In this document: positions 37,011 to 47,592 of the stretch, piece after piece
How positions within the stretch are numbered: the first letter of the stretch is position 1
Layout of the letters: every line of letters begins with the position of its first letter
Origin: Candidatus Bathyarchaeia archaeon
Lineage (GTDB): Archaea; Thermoproteota; Bathyarchaeia; Bathyarchaeales; Bathycorpusculaceae
Assembly: GCA_038883795.1 (NCBI GenBank)
Contig: JAVZLK010000003.1
Location: 32,001 to 96,000, forward strand
Length of the DNA: 64,000 bases
Direction of reading: 5' to 3'
Notes under the pieces: generated by a model
Database searches by the model: none
What the model saw: the letters and a program-made list of their open reading frames with translations, nothing else
What the model was told of the DNA's origin: nothing
Made by a program: the position numbers and the translations under genes

Positions 37011-38635
37011 GGCTTCTCACTTTTGTCCTTCAAAGTTTTCTCCAACTCTATTAAAACTTCTTTCTTCCATTCCTTTTTGATGTCAAAATGCTTAAAATCA
37101 ACATTCTTTTTCGAACAAGCCTTCCTACAACTTTTGAGAACATTTTTATTCCAATTTTCTCGGTCGTTAAGCAGAAAAACCATACTATAATTCCTACGGG
37201 TAACGTATTCAGCCACCTGATTTGCTACATACTCCACGGTCTCTTTGTCGAGGGGGCGAGCTATCTCATGCTGGGAAAGGGGATAAACCTCATCCAACTC
37301 TATTGGAATAACACCAAAGGGAGCTGCATAAAAACACACATGAACCATGTTTAAATGTTCTTTTGGCATATGTCTTAACAATTTTTCAAACTCCTTAAAT
37401 TCTTGGGATTTGTGGAACGGTTTTGTTCGAGTTTGGGGAAAAAGGAAAAGGATTTCTGATTTTTCGGGTGGAGAACATCTTTCCACCATTTTTTTCCTAT
37501 GTCGAACAATTTCCGGGCGCATAAGCCCAACAGAATTGAAAAAGAAGATTCCACTTTTCTTAATTGAGGGACTGTGTTTTTCAATGAAATCCTCATATTT
37601 TTTAAGCCTTTTGAGAGCTTGAAGCAACGCTGGATGCCCATGCGCCCTCAATTCCATATGCTCCCATAATCTGCCATCCCTTATAGCTTGTTTTATGCGT
37701 TTCAACTCTGCAAGGCAAACGTAAAGATTATGCTCTGCAAGAAAAACTTGCCTTTCCTTCTGAGGCATTTCTATGACTTCTTTTGGCGAAGTTTTGGAAC
37801 ATTTTGGGCATATGCACGGAAAATATTCAAGCTCATTAAGCCTAACCGTGCCACATTCTGTCATGTAACGGTTTTCTCTGGCGTATATGGCGTAGGCTGC
37901 AGAATCGAAAAGGTCGCATCCAAGAGCCACAGCCAAAGCGAAAATTAGCGGGTGTCCTGCACCGAAAAGGTGGAGGGGTTTTTCAATTGGCAGATTAGCC
38001 TTAGCAGTCAGTATCATATCCACTAAAACGTCAAAATGATAGGATTCCATAACTTCTGTGGGGCTTCCTAAAGCGTATATTTGAAAGGACAATTTTCCCA
38101 TATCAACGGCTGACTTGGCTATTAAGTCTAAAAATTTGCCGCCTTGAACTGGACCAACCCAAAGAATGTCATCGCGAGATTTAATTTTGAAAAGTTCCCT
38201 TGCCCTCTTTAAAGTTTCATTAACGGTTTGCTCTGCGTGTGTCCTCGAAACTTTCCATCCCGTGGGCCAGTCCAAAATTGTTGCTATGTCAGTGTTTATG
38301 CTTTCTTGATAATGCACAATTTCTGTGGGGGTTATTTCTATATCGCCATAAATGAGGATTTGATACGCACCCGAATCCGTCATTATTACTTTGTCATAAT
38401 CCAAAAATTTGTGTAAACCCTCTTTTACTGGCTGATTTTTGAAACGTTTCTTTAAAATGTAAGCATTTGTTATCAAGGCTTCGCAATCAAAATCCTCTTG
38501 AAGTTTTCTTGGCGGAATAGGCTGGATAACTGGATTTATGACTGGAAAAAGTAGGGGAGTTTCCACGGCGCCGCTTTTTGTTTTAAGCTTGCCGATTCTT
38601 GCAAGCAAATCCTTTTCTTTGACCTCAAAACTCAT
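37007..38635 (-). CDS. tgtA: tRNA-guanine(15) transglycosylase (archaeosine pathway)
   Basis: MTDSGAYQ, ILD.P, PVQGG, HLFGAGHP, DLFDSAAY, CICPKC zinc site. Confidence 0.95.
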   Translation of the reverse strand: MSFEVKEKDLLARIGKLKTKSGAVETPLLFPVINPVIQPIPPRKLQEDFDCEALITNAYILKKRFKNQPVKEGLHKFLDYDKVIMTDSGAYQILIYGDIEITPTEIVHYQESINTDIATILDWPTGWKVSRTHAEQTVNETLKRARELFKIKSRDDILWVGPVQGGKFLDLIAKSAVDMGKLSFQIYALGSPTEVMESYHFDVLVDMILTAKANLPIEKPLHLFGAGHPLIFALAVALGCDLFDSAAYAIYARENRYMTECGTVRLNELEYFPCICPKCSKTSPKEVIEMPQKERQVFLAEHNLYVCLAELKRIKQAIRDGRLWEHMELRAHGHPALLQALKRLKKYEDFIEKHSPSIKKSGIFFFNSVGLMRPEIVRHRKKMVERCSPPEKSEILFLFPQTRTKPFHKSQEFKEFEKLLRHMPKEHLNMVHVCFYAAPFGVIPIELDEVYPLSQHEIARPLDKETVEYVANQVAEYVTRRNYSMVFLLNDRENWNKNVLKSCRKACSKKNVDFKHFDIKKEWKKEVLIELEKTLKDKSEKP

Positions 38636-38655
38636 TATTCAAACCTAAACAAAGA

Positions 38656-39921
38656 TTATGAAAGGGGCTTATAAAAAAGTCTATTTTGCTTATTTCTTGT
38701 TTCTTCTAAAAGAAGCGGCAATATAGCAGAAACTCCGATAGCCATAGCAGAAGCATAAAATGGAACCAACTCACCCCACCCTTCCCATAAGATGCCGCTT
38801 AGGGCGTTTCCAATCATTAAGCCAGCCCAGAAAGTTGTCGCTGAAATCCCATTTACGAGACCCCATTTTGAAGACGGTGTGGCTTCCATCATAAGTGTCT
38901 GAAAGGCTGGCCATGATGCGTTTAATATAGCGTTAGAAAGGAACATGAAAATAATCAATTCTATCGTGCTTTGTGAGTAGGCAAATAATAAAAAGAATGG
39001 AGAAGAAGCTACAAAAGTTACAAACATAACTTTTCTTCTATCAAAAAAGTCGCTGAGTTTGCCTCCTGGAACTTGCACAATTATTGAAGCAGCTCCAAAA
39101 CCTATAGCGTACAATATGCCTATAAACGTGTAATCGACAGGAAAGTGGGATTCGACAAAAACGGGAATCACTGGGCTGGTTACGCCTATGCCAATCCCCT
39201 GAACTATGTTAATCAAAGAGAAAATAAGCACCGCAAAGATGTATCCATTGATATTGGCAACCTTTTCATTTTTCTCATCAGAAGCTAAAGCCGTTGCCAG
39301 TGGTTTTCTTCGGGTCTCTTGCATTATAAGTGTTAAAGGAAAAATTGCAAAAATTAGTGCTGAACAGACAAAGAAGGGAAAGCGAATGTCGAAATAGTCA
39401 GCTAAAACTCCGCCTAAGAAAGGCGCCACCGTAGAGCCTACCAACCAAGAAATGTTTGTCCAGCTGTAAGCCGAAGCCATGGTTTCGGTGGAGGAAGCAT
39501 CTGCAACAATAGCCCATCGAATTGGCAGGTACAAACCCATAGCAAAACCAGAAAGCATAACCCAAGGCACCAAATCCACCCAATTTCTGGCTAAAGCATA
39601 CATCAACGGTGGAAAAGCAGCCATCAAAGTGCCCAACGCATGTAAGCCTTTTCTTCCATATCTGTCGGAAAGGAAACCGCTGAGTATTTGCATGACTGCA
39701 GCAATGGCATTTGATATGGAGAATACAAACCCAAGCTCGGTCATGGAAGCATTAAGATAATCTTTTATGTATATGGGCCATATGGGGCTAAAAAGGTTGG
39801 TGGCGAAGGAGCTCGCTAAGAAAACGATGGAAAGGATCAGTATGTTTCTCCCGTAAGCCATAAAGGGTTTCAATTCCTTTGCCCCTCGCCAAACTAACCA
39901 GCCACCACTCGAAAATGGCAA
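38656..39921 (-). CDS. MFS transporter (start probably some codons downstream)
   Basis: About 12 TM segments; SGFLSDRYGRK and GGKLSDFFDRR motifs. Confidence 0.9.
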   Translation of the reverse strand: MPFSSGGWLVWRGAKELKPFMAYGRNILILSIVFLASSFATNLFSPIWPIYIKDYLNASMTELGFVFSISNAIAAVMQILSGFLSDRYGRKGLHALGTLMAAFPPLMYALARNWVDLVPWVMLSGFAMGLYLPIRWAIVADASSTETMASAYSWTNISWLVGSTVAPFLGGVLADYFDIRFPFFVCSALIFAIFPLTLIMQETRRKPLATALASDEKNEKVANINGYIFAVLIFSLINIVQGIGIGVTSPVIPVFVESHFPVDYTFIGILYAIGFGAASIIVQVPGGKLSDFFDRRKVMFVTFVASSPFFLLFAYSQSTIELIIFMFLSNAILNASWPAFQTLMMEATPSSKWGLVNGISATTFWAGLMIGNALSGILWEGWGELVPFYASAMAIGVSAILPLLLEETRNKQNRLFYKPLS

Positions 39922-40020
39922 CCGTCTATTTAAGAATTATGAGCGAGACATAATTTTCGTTTTAGCTAAACACACATATATTACATTTTTCTTTAGGTCT
40001 ATGCCGCGAAGGAGCCAAAA

Positions 40021-40773
40021 ATGGTTTGCGCCATACAAATCTATGAAAAACCAAAACTTAACAACCCCATATTAATCGAAGGTTTGCCAGGAATAGGATT
40101 CATAGCCAACATTGCAGCCCTACACTTAATCCACGAATTAAATGCTAAACTTTTCGCGGAAATTTTCTCCGACTCCTTCCAAGACTTGGCGGTCACCACA
40201 GAAACTGGAGGCGCACGTTCTCCGATAAACGAGTTATACTATTACAGAGCCTCAGATAACAAGCGAGACTTAATCATATGGTATGGCAACACCCAAGCCC
40301 TAACAACCTTCGGACAGTATGAGCTTTGTGGGTATGTGTTGGATGTAGCCAAAGAATTGGGTTGCCAATATGTTATAACGCTTGGCGGCTTCAAAAAAGA
40401 TGAGGTAAAAACGCCGCCTGAAATATATTGTGCGGCCTCAGACCCAGAAACATTAAACGAAGCCTTAAGCTTAGGTGCAAAAATGATGGTTGGGCAAATA
40501 TTCGGCGTTGCTGGTCTGTTAATAGGGCTTGGCAAACTTAGAGGATTTAGAGGCTTTTCTCTTTTGGTGGAAACCTTAGGCACTTATCCGGATGCAAATG
40601 CCACAAAATACGCTTTGCAAGCTTTAAACAAGTTTTTGGGTATGAATGTGGACTTGTCAAGGTTAAATGCTGCTGCAGAGAAGACCGAGAAAATATTGGA
40701 ATCCTTCGGTTTGATTAGAACTGTTGAAGAGGAAAAGAAGAAGGAAGAACAAAAGTTCCGCTGGTTCGTTTAG
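40021..40773 (+). CDS. PAC2-family proteasome assembly chaperone-like protein
   Basis: LIEGLPGIG, ITLGG, IFGVAGLL, LVETLG.YPD. Confidence 0.88.
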   Translation: MVCAIQIYEKPKLNNPILIEGLPGIGFIANIAALHLIHELNAKLFAEIFSDSFQDLAVTTETGGARSPINELYYYRASDNKRDLIIWYGNTQALTTFGQYELCGYVLDVAKELGCQYVITLGGFKKDEVKTPPEIYCAASDPETLNEALSLGAKMMVGQIFGVAGLLIGLGKLRGFRGFSLLVETLGTYPDANATKYALQALNKFLGMNVDLSRLNAAAEKTEKILESFGLIRTVEEEKKKEEQKFRWFV

Positions 40774-42878
40774 CCTCCGCATGTGTTATAGAAATTTTCA
40801 ATTCTGCCGAGGATTTTCTCTATCCTCCAGTGGGTTTTCATTTCATGTTTCCATTCCCTTGGAAGTTTATGCTTGAATTTTCCAGCGGCACGTCCATCCA
40901 TGATAATGATTACGCCCTTGTCCTCTGGACTGCGCAAGAGTCTACCAGCAGACTGCGCCAGCGCATTCAAGCATGGAATATCATTTGCATATTCCATTGC
41001 TTTCGCTCCAAACTTTTCCTTGAAATATTCATAAACCGCAGCTTGAAGCTCGGTCTTTTTTGGATACGGCAAGCCAACAACAACCACAGCTGACAGCATG
41101 CTCCTTCCTCCAGCGGACATGTCAACCCCCTCGCTTATTTTGCCTCTAGCAACTCCAAAAACCACACAATGTTTATGGTCTTTCAAGAATTGAAGCACGT
41201 CCAAGATTCCAGTGCCCCTTTGCTCCATGATAAAGGGCAAATCAAACTTTACAATGTTTGCTATTTCCTGCATAACCTCGTAGGAGGGGAAGTAAACGGC
41301 TATTCTCCCATCAATTTTGTTGATTATTTGTTTAAGGTGTTCGGCAATTCTTCTCCATTGGATTTGGTTGCGTTTTTCAAATTTTGTTGTCACTGCCTTA
41401 TCCACTATGATAAGTCTATTTTCTGGTGGGAAGGGGCTTGGAAGTTCCATGGTTTCGCAGCGTTTCCTTTCAATTCCCAAGACGTCCATGTAATAGTTCA
41501 TGTGCCAAAGGGTTCCAGACATGAGGATGGCGGAACGAAGCTTATTAATTATGCTCGCGGCTAAAGCTGGGTCCAAGCAACGAATTCCAATTCTAACGCT
41601 TTTCCTTCCATCCCTATCGATTCCAACGTTCACGTATCGAACATAACTTGAACCAGTTAGGCTAATCCAATCTGAAAGAAAGCTTGCGCATCTTGACAGG
41701 TATGAGATTGGACTTTTGCCAACTTCTGCTCTCTTATGCCTAACAATTTCGCCTTTGTCTGAGAAGTCGGAAATCAGCTCTATTAACTTATCAGCGTCAA
41801 ACTTTAGCTCTTTTAATATTGCATCAACTATAACGTTTTTTCCAATAATATGCTCAGAATCTGCGCCATATTTTTTGTAAACTTTCTTCCCAATTTTAAC
41901 CATCACATTGTATAAAGCATCCAAAAAACCATAATCATCCAAACCAAAAGTTTCAATTTCCTTCAAAGCCCTTCTTACGGAAGTTGCTGAGAGTTCATCT
42001 GAAAATATGCCAGCGGCATAGTAGGGTAGGCTGTGGGCTTCGTCGAAAACGCAGTTAACATCTTTTATGCGCCATCCAGCCTTTCCTAAAATCGACCCTC
42101 GAACAGAATCCACGAGAAGGTAATTGTAATTGCCTATTATGATGTCAGCGTACTTCGCAAGAATTTTTGTAGCCTCATAGGGACAAACTTCTTTATCTCG
42201 GCAAATCGCATAAACCTCCTCTGGCAATAGGGGACCAATTTCTCTAATCTTGTTAATAACAGCGTAAGCATGCCAGCTTGGCTTCCATCCGCTGTAAGTT
42301 CGCTCATAATATTTGCATGTTTTTCCAAAAGTTCCTTCCTTCAAGCCCTTGCAATAATAAAGGAAGTCTCTGTAGCTAATATCCTTCAGTTTTGTGTCTT
42401 CAAAAGCGTAGGGACACATTTCTTTCTTACTCTTAAAAACAGAAGCAACAAAACTAACGTTGCAGTGTTCTTTTATGCTTTGGAGCTCTCTACAATAGAT
42501 TTCAAGCTGATTTTTGGTTCTGGTTAAGGCAAGAAGTCTACCCACAGAATTGTTCCATTCCTTAGCCATGAAGAAAGCTGTTAATACGGAAATGGACTTT
42601 CCAGTGCCACAAGGCGAAGAAAGCAAACCTACCTTTCCATTTCTGATAATGTCAAAGTTAAATTTTATAGCGTCAAGCTGGAAGGGACGAAAGTTTGGGT
42701 AGGGAAAGAATTCTTTAACCAACTTCTTAAAATCAGCTTTTCTCTCCACTTTTGCCTCTGACATTTGAGTAAGCAAAGTTCCACACTTTTCACAAAAATG
42801 GCTTTTCACATAATCTTTCATGGAGTAAGTTTCGCCGCATCGACGGCAAACAAACACCCCTTGAGATTTTTCAGTCAT
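40770..42878 (-). CDS. XPD/Rad3-family Fe-S SF2 DNA helicase with N-terminal zinc ribbon
   Basis: FRPFQ, SPCGTGKS, four Fe-S Cys, DEAH, MSGTL, FPSY, SEGVD, QSAGRLLR. Confidence 0.92.
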   Translation of the reverse strand: MTEKSQGVFVCRRCGETYSMKDYVKSHFCEKCGTLLTQMSEAKVERKADFKKLVKEFFPYPNFRPFQLDAIKFNFDIIRNGKVGLLSSPCGTGKSISVLTAFFMAKEWNNSVGRLLALTRTKNQLEIYCRELQSIKEHCNVSFVASVFKSKKEMCPYAFEDTKLKDISYRDFLYYCKGLKEGTFGKTCKYYERTYSGWKPSWHAYAVINKIREIGPLLPEEVYAICRDKEVCPYEATKILAKYADIIIGNYNYLLVDSVRGSILGKAGWRIKDVNCVFDEAHSLPYYAAGIFSDELSATSVRRALKEIETFGLDDYGFLDALYNVMVKIGKKVYKKYGADSEHIIGKNVIVDAILKELKFDADKLIELISDFSDKGEIVRHKRAEVGKSPISYLSRCASFLSDWISLTGSSYVRYVNVGIDRDGRKSVRIGIRCLDPALAASIINKLRSAILMSGTLWHMNYYMDVLGIERKRCETMELPSPFPPENRLIIVDKAVTTKFEKRNQIQWRRIAEHLKQIINKIDGRIAVYFPSYEVMQEIANIVKFDLPFIMEQRGTGILDVLQFLKDHKHCVVFGVARGKISEGVDMSAGGRSMLSAVVVVGLPYPKKTELQAAVYEYFKEKFGAKAMEYANDIPCLNALAQSAGRLLRSPEDKGVIIIMDGRAAGKFKHKLPREWKHEMKTHWRIEKILGRIENFYNTCGG

Positions 42879-42880
42879 AA

Positions 42881-43609
42881 CTATCCTTTAGCCTCTTTTA
42901 AGATGCTTAGCATTTTTTGCGAATTTGCTAGCATGGCATGATTGTTGTTGAAGAAGACATAAGCTCTTTTAGGCTTAACCGTCCAGATTTTTTCCGCCAC
43001 TTTCCTTAACTCTTCGTCAGTGTAGAAGTGGGCATACCACTCTGTTCTTCCATGCATTCGCTCATAGACCAAACCATTTGTGTTAAAGACTTCTGTGGGA
43101 AAATCTGGGGAATCAACGCTTACCCAAGTTATTCCAAGACGTGAAGACCAATCCACCCATTCTTTATCAAACCATTTTAGATTTCGAACTTCAAGGGCAA
43201 ACCTTTCCTTGAGTTTAGTTTTCTCGAAGAAGTTTTCTATTAATGGAGCAGATTTTGGAGTCATGGATGGCGGAAGCTGAAACAAGAAGAAGTCTATGCT
43301 CTGTTCCATTGGCGCGAAAAGGCTTCTAAACCTATTCCACAACTGAAAAGCCCTATCGTTAAACTTGAAAGTGTGGGTTATCAAACGGTTAACCTTAACG
43401 GACCATCTAAGCCCTTTACCCTTTAAAGCCCAAGACCTAACCATATTCGGAAAAGGAAAACGATAAAAACTTGCATTCAACTCCACAGCATTCAAGCCAG
43501 AGTTCCTCACGTACCAATCGAAATTTCCGTCCTCATTCCAAGAATACGCCCACCCCGAAGTTCCAACGTAAAATTCCAAACCCTTTTCACTAAAGGAATA
43601 CTTTCGCAT
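42881..43609 (-). CDS. DUF72 (YecE) TIM-barrel protein
   Basis: YVGTSGW, VELNASFYRFP, FQLPPS, ALEVR, RMHGR, FFNN. Confidence 0.92.
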   Translation of the reverse strand: MRKYSFSEKGLEFYVGTSGWAYSWNEDGNFDWYVRNSGLNAVELNASFYRFPFPNMVRSWALKGKGLRWSVKVNRLITHTFKFNDRAFQLWNRFRSLFAPMEQSIDFFLFQLPPSMTPKSAPLIENFFEKTKLKERFALEVRNLKWFDKEWVDWSSRLGITWVSVDSPDFPTEVFNTNGLVYERMHGRTEWYAHFYTDEELRKVAEKIWTVKPKRAYVFFNNNHAMLANSQKMLSILKEAKG

Positions 43610-43684
43610 AGTAATAAAAGAATTTATTCCTTCTCATCTTTAGATTTAAGTGCAGCCTATCCTTTTTCATTTTAGGGCGAAAAT

Positions 43685-44338
43685 ATGTCTAGAAGTTTTA
43701 AACCCACAGTTTTTGCAGACGCTCGTGAAAGCTTAGACGTTAAAGACCATTTAATAGAGCTTGGCTCTGAAGTTGTGGAAAAGGTTTTGGCGCCTGCAGA
43801 TTACGTGGTTTCAGAGGATTATGCGGTTGAGAGGAAGCAGCTTCACGATTTTTTCCGCTCGATATTTGATGGAAGACTTTTTGAGCAAGCTGAGAGGTTG
43901 GCTGAGGCTTATGAAAATTCTTGTTTGCTTGTAGAGGGCGATGTAATAAAAGCTGTGAAAGCTCTCCGCAATCCTTTGGTCTTTTGGGGCGCTATAGCAA
44001 AAATCATGGCAGATCACCACATTTCCTTAGTATTCACACCAGATGAGCAGCACACAGCCATGTTCCTCCATAGCCTCGCCAAGAAACTCCAAGAAGAAAA
44101 GCGTAGAAAAATATTGGTTAAGCACAAGCCTAAAGCTTACACTCTGAAGCAGATGCAAATTTCAGCCGTTCAAAGCCTACCCCTAATAGGTCCAGAAAGA
44201 GCTGAACTTTTGCTCAAAAAATTTGGAAGCGTAAGACGAGTTTTCCAGGCATCGAAGTGGGAGCTGCTTTCTGTAAAGGGATTGGGCGAAAAAACTGTTA
44301 GGAAAATTTTGGATTTTCTTGATGCCAAATATCAATAA
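43685..44338 (+). CDS. xpf: Short XPF/ERCC4 structure-specific endonuclease with (HhH)2
   Basis: DARE, ADYVV, VERK...DF..SIFDGRLFEQ, LPLIGP, VKGLGEK. Confidence 0.92.
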   Translation: MSRSFKPTVFADARESLDVKDHLIELGSEVVEKVLAPADYVVSEDYAVERKQLHDFFRSIFDGRLFEQAERLAEAYENSCLLVEGDVIKAVKALRNPLVFWGAIAKIMADHHISLVFTPDEQHTAMFLHSLAKKLQEEKRRKILVKHKPKAYTLKQMQISAVQSLPLIGPERAELLLKKFGSVRRVFQASKWELLSVKGLGEKTVRKILDFLDAKYQ

Positions 44339-44355
44339 AAAGAAGGAAAACATGT

Positions 44356-44778
44356 TTAGCCTTTAACTTCGCTGATAAACTGCTCGTAAACCTTCTGCAC
44401 CCGCTCAGCAGCCGGACCAGAACCTTCTACAACGCCTTTCTCTGTCACTTTAACCTTGTCCATGACCCAAATGAAACCCTTATCCTCATAAAGCTTAACC
44501 ATTGTTGGAAAAACCTTTTCAAGACGGTCTGCCAAAGCCTTAAGGTCAAAGGGTTTCTCCACGCTCAATATTTGCGCTACAACATTGCCATTGAGGAAAA
44601 CTCTGTGCAAAATTTTTCCCTCTTCATCCTTTGCTTCGGCGAGGCATAGGCTTAAAGTGTCAGGGTTAATGCCGACTAAAGTTCCGCTAAAAGTTTTCCC
44701 AGTGGTTGTTGAAACAATCACGCTTTTATCCACTAACGTTGCCACTTCGGTGAAAAACTTCCTCTGCGCCACTGACAA
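44356..44778 (-). CDS. Lsm-family RNA-binding protein (SmAP3-type, with C-terminal extension)
   Basis: Sm fold (GKTFSGTLVGI, VFLNG) plus FDLKALADRLEKVFP.MVK extension. Confidence 0.85.
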   Translation of the reverse strand: MSVAQRKFFTEVATLVDKSVIVSTTTGKTFSGTLVGINPDTLSLCLAEAKDEEGKILHRVFLNGNVVAQILSVEKPFDLKALADRLEKVFPTMVKLYEDKGFIWVMDKVKVTEKGVVEGSGPAAERVQKVYEQFISEVKG

Positions 44779-44823
44779 TTATTTAACCTCCTTTCTACGG
44801 TTAAGAGTTAGGAAAACATGTAT

Positions 44824-46128
44824 TTAGGATTTTAACAAGCCAGACCGAACAGTTATCTTATTTTCTCTTTTCACGTAGCATTTCTTATCCAAAAAAATCA
44901 CTTTATTAGGTTCGAGGTCTTCTTGCAAGCAGACACCAGCCCCAACAATGCTGTTCGGTCCGATTTTCACGCCTGGCAAAAGTGAAGCATTAATGCCCAC
45001 TTTGCAGAAATCACCCACTATGGCGCCAAGTTTGTTAGTGCCAGAATCCACTTTTTCGCCTTCCACCATAACCTTAACGTTTTTCTCGTCGAATCGGAAG
45101 TTTGCGGTTACCGCTCCGGCGCCGAAGAGGCAGTTGTCTGAAATTATGGAGTCACCTATGTAATTCTTGTGGAACCAACAATTGTCGCCTATCAAAGAAT
45201 GCTTAATCTCGCTCGAAAAACCCACAACGCAGTTATCACCAACAGAAGAGTAATCTCGAACCAAAGCATTATCGCCAATAAGGCTGTTTGAACCAATATA
45301 GCAAGGTCCTTTTATAGAGGCTCCGCCAAGAATTTTAGTTCCACGCCTAATCCAAACCTTCCCCTCAACATTCGCCCCTTCAGAAATTTCCACATCATCT
45401 TCGATTATTTTTTCCTTTATTTGCTCATCCATTAAATGCGCATTTATGGTGAAGAGGTCCCAAGGATACTTGTAGCTGGCAAAGAATCCTTCATAGCGGG
45501 CGGCTATAACCATATTTTTGTCTTCGATGAACTTTTGAATGGCATCCTCATATTGGTGGTCTGAAACTGGAATTTTCTTGAAATAGCTGAAAATTCTTTT
45601 AGTCATTAGGTAAACGCCAATAACTGCTAAATTGCTTGGTTCAGTTCCCTTGGGCGGCTTTTCAACTAATTTTGTTACTTTGTTGTTTTTGATCTGGATT
45701 ATGCCAAACTTCCACGTTTCCTTGACGGGTTTACATGAAAGAACTATCTCTGCATTGCCCTTTCTAAATTTTTTAAGCATTTCTTTTATCAGAGAACTCT
45801 CAAAAACATCATCGGCATTGACAACAAAAAAGTTGTCTTCAACCAAATTTTTCGCAGATTCGAGGGCATTCGCCATTCCAAGGGGCTTTTTCTGAGGCGC
45901 ATATTCAATTTTAACCCCAAATTTTTTACCATCACCCAAGTAATCTTTAATCAACTTTCCATTTTCGCCTATCACGACTATGAAGTCTTCTAAGCCAGCC
46001 TCTTTCAAAATTTCAATTACATGCTGGATTAGGGGTTTTCCCAAGATTTTAAACATGGGCTTTGGCTTAACAGCAGCTAATGGGAAAACCCTTCTTCCGC
46101 TTCCACCGGCAAGAATAACTGTTTGCAT
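44824..46128 (-). CDS. glmU: Bifunctional sugar-1-phosphate nucleotidylyltransferase/acetyltransferase (GlmU-like)
   Basis: ILAGGSGRR.FPL...PKP, VEKP, hexapeptide repeats, ANFRFD. Confidence 0.88.
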   Translation of the reverse strand: MQTVILAGGSGRRVFPLAAVKPKPMFKILGKPLIQHVIEILKEAGLEDFIVVIGENGKLIKDYLGDGKKFGVKIEYAPQKKPLGMANALESAKNLVEDNFFVVNADDVFESSLIKEMLKKFRKGNAEIVLSCKPVKETWKFGIIQIKNNKVTKLVEKPPKGTEPSNLAVIGVYLMTKRIFSYFKKIPVSDHQYEDAIQKFIEDKNMVIAARYEGFFASYKYPWDLFTINAHLMDEQIKEKIIEDDVEISEGANVEGKVWIRRGTKILGGASIKGPCYIGSNSLIGDNALVRDYSSVGDNCVVGFSSEIKHSLIGDNCWFHKNYIGDSIISDNCLFGAGAVTANFRFDEKNVKVMVEGEKVDSGTNKLGAIVGDFCKVGINASLLPGVKIGPNSIVGAGVCLQEDLEPNKVIFLDKKCYVKRENKITVRSGLLKS

Positions 46129-47501
46129 TAAAACTCCTCCATAACCTTTTTTAATTCCTTCACAGCAAACTGGTAAAGCCCTTCAAGTTTTTCTTCAGTT
46201 TTTGCTTCAGCGGAAACTCTTATGAGGGGTTCAGTGTTTGAGGGTCTTAAAAGAACCCAACCATCCTTGTCCAACAATTTTATTCCATCCACATCTAAAA
46301 ATTTCAAACCATAATCCCTAAACTTGGCTCCCAATTTTTCGATAACTGCAAATTTTAGTTGGTCGGGACATTCAAAATTCTTCTCGTGAATGGATGGATA
46401 TTTGGGCAAAGAATCCACAATTTCAGAAAGCCTTTCACTCCTTTTAGACAATATTTCAGCCATTTTCAAACTGGCAAAAATTGCATCATCCATTCCATTG
46501 CATTCCAAAAAATAGAAGTGGCTGCTGGTTTCACCGCCCACCAAAGCCTTTTCGCTAATCATTTTATCCATAATAAAAACATGTCCAATTCTTTCAACAA
46601 TGGGAATCCCACCATGCTTTCTTACAAATTCTTCAACAGCCATGGAACAACTTAATTCATAAACTATTTTTCCACCGCTCTCCCTTTTCAGTGCATCCTC
46701 AGCAAAAACCATTAGGGCTAAATCGCCTGGAATTATTCTCCCTTTATCGTCAACGAAAACTGCTCGGTCCCCATCCCCATCATATCCTACGCCAAAATCT
46801 GCCTTAGCCTTAACCACTTTTTGCTTTAATTCACCTAAGGTTTCTTCTTTAGGCTCTGGTAAGTGCGCTGGAAACCTTCCATTAGGCTTCTCGTTTAACG
46901 TTATAATGCTGCAGCCTAACCGCCTAAAGAGGGATGGAACAAGCATGCCACAAACACCGTTGGCAGTATCGGCAACCACGCTTACATTCCTATCAATTCT
47001 AATTTTGTCTAAGACAAAGTCCGTATAATCCTCAAAAACTCTTTCATACTTCATCACTTTTCTTTTTCTTCCCCCAAATTTTTTGAAATCAATGATCTTG
47101 ACAAGTTCTTTTATTTTAGCCATTTCACCGCCGTACACGCACCCGTTCCGCTTAAACAGTTTAAAGCCATTCCATCCTGGAGGATTATGAGAAGCAGTAA
47201 TCATAACCCCAGCATCTTTTTCCAGGTGATTAATTGCGAAATAAACCAAAGGCGTCGGAACAACGCCTACATCAACAACATTACAATTGAAAGACAATCC
47301 AGACACAAGAGCATTTCTAAGAGTTTCACCACTCAATCTAATATCTCTACCAACAACAACCTCCTTACTTTTCCCCCAAAAAACACCCATCGCAGCCCCA
47401 AGAACTGTGGCGATATCCTCTGTTAACTGTTTTCCAAAGATTCCTCTAATATCGTATGCCCTAAAAATGCTTTCAAAATCTGGTCGCTCACTAGCAGCCA
47501 A
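46128..47501 (-). CDS. Phosphomannomutase/phosphoglucomutase
   Basis: FRAYDIRG, TASHNP, DGDGDR, LRPSNTEP. Confidence 0.93.
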   Translation of the reverse strand: MAASERPDFESIFRAYDIRGIFGKQLTEDIATVLGAAMGVFWGKSKEVVVGRDIRLSGETLRNALVSGLSFNCNVVDVGVVPTPLVYFAINHLEKDAGVMITASHNPPGWNGFKLFKRNGCVYGGEMAKIKELVKIIDFKKFGGRKRKVMKYERVFEDYTDFVLDKIRIDRNVSVVADTANGVCGMLVPSLFRRLGCSIITLNEKPNGRFPAHLPEPKEETLGELKQKVVKAKADFGVGYDGDGDRAVFVDDKGRIIPGDLALMVFAEDALKRESGGKIVYELSCSMAVEEFVRKHGGIPIVERIGHVFIMDKMISEKALVGGETSSHFYFLECNGMDDAIFASLKMAEILSKRSERLSEIVDSLPKYPSIHEKNFECPDQLKFAVIEKLGAKFRDYGLKFLDVDGIKLLDKDGWVLLRPSNTEPLIRVSAEAKTEEKLEGLYQFAVKELKKVMEEF

Positions 47502-47592
47502 AGTGATATCTCCATTAAATTCTTATTTTATCATTAGTAAATGCTTTGTTAAAAGCATTCAGCAACATACTATTAATTACTTTTGCGTTCCT

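Noticed and set aside
37007-38635. TgtA without an evident C-terminal PUA domain as a pseudogene
   Set aside because: Catalytic and zinc motifs are intact, the frame is coupled to the next gene, and shorter TgtA forms are known in archaea.
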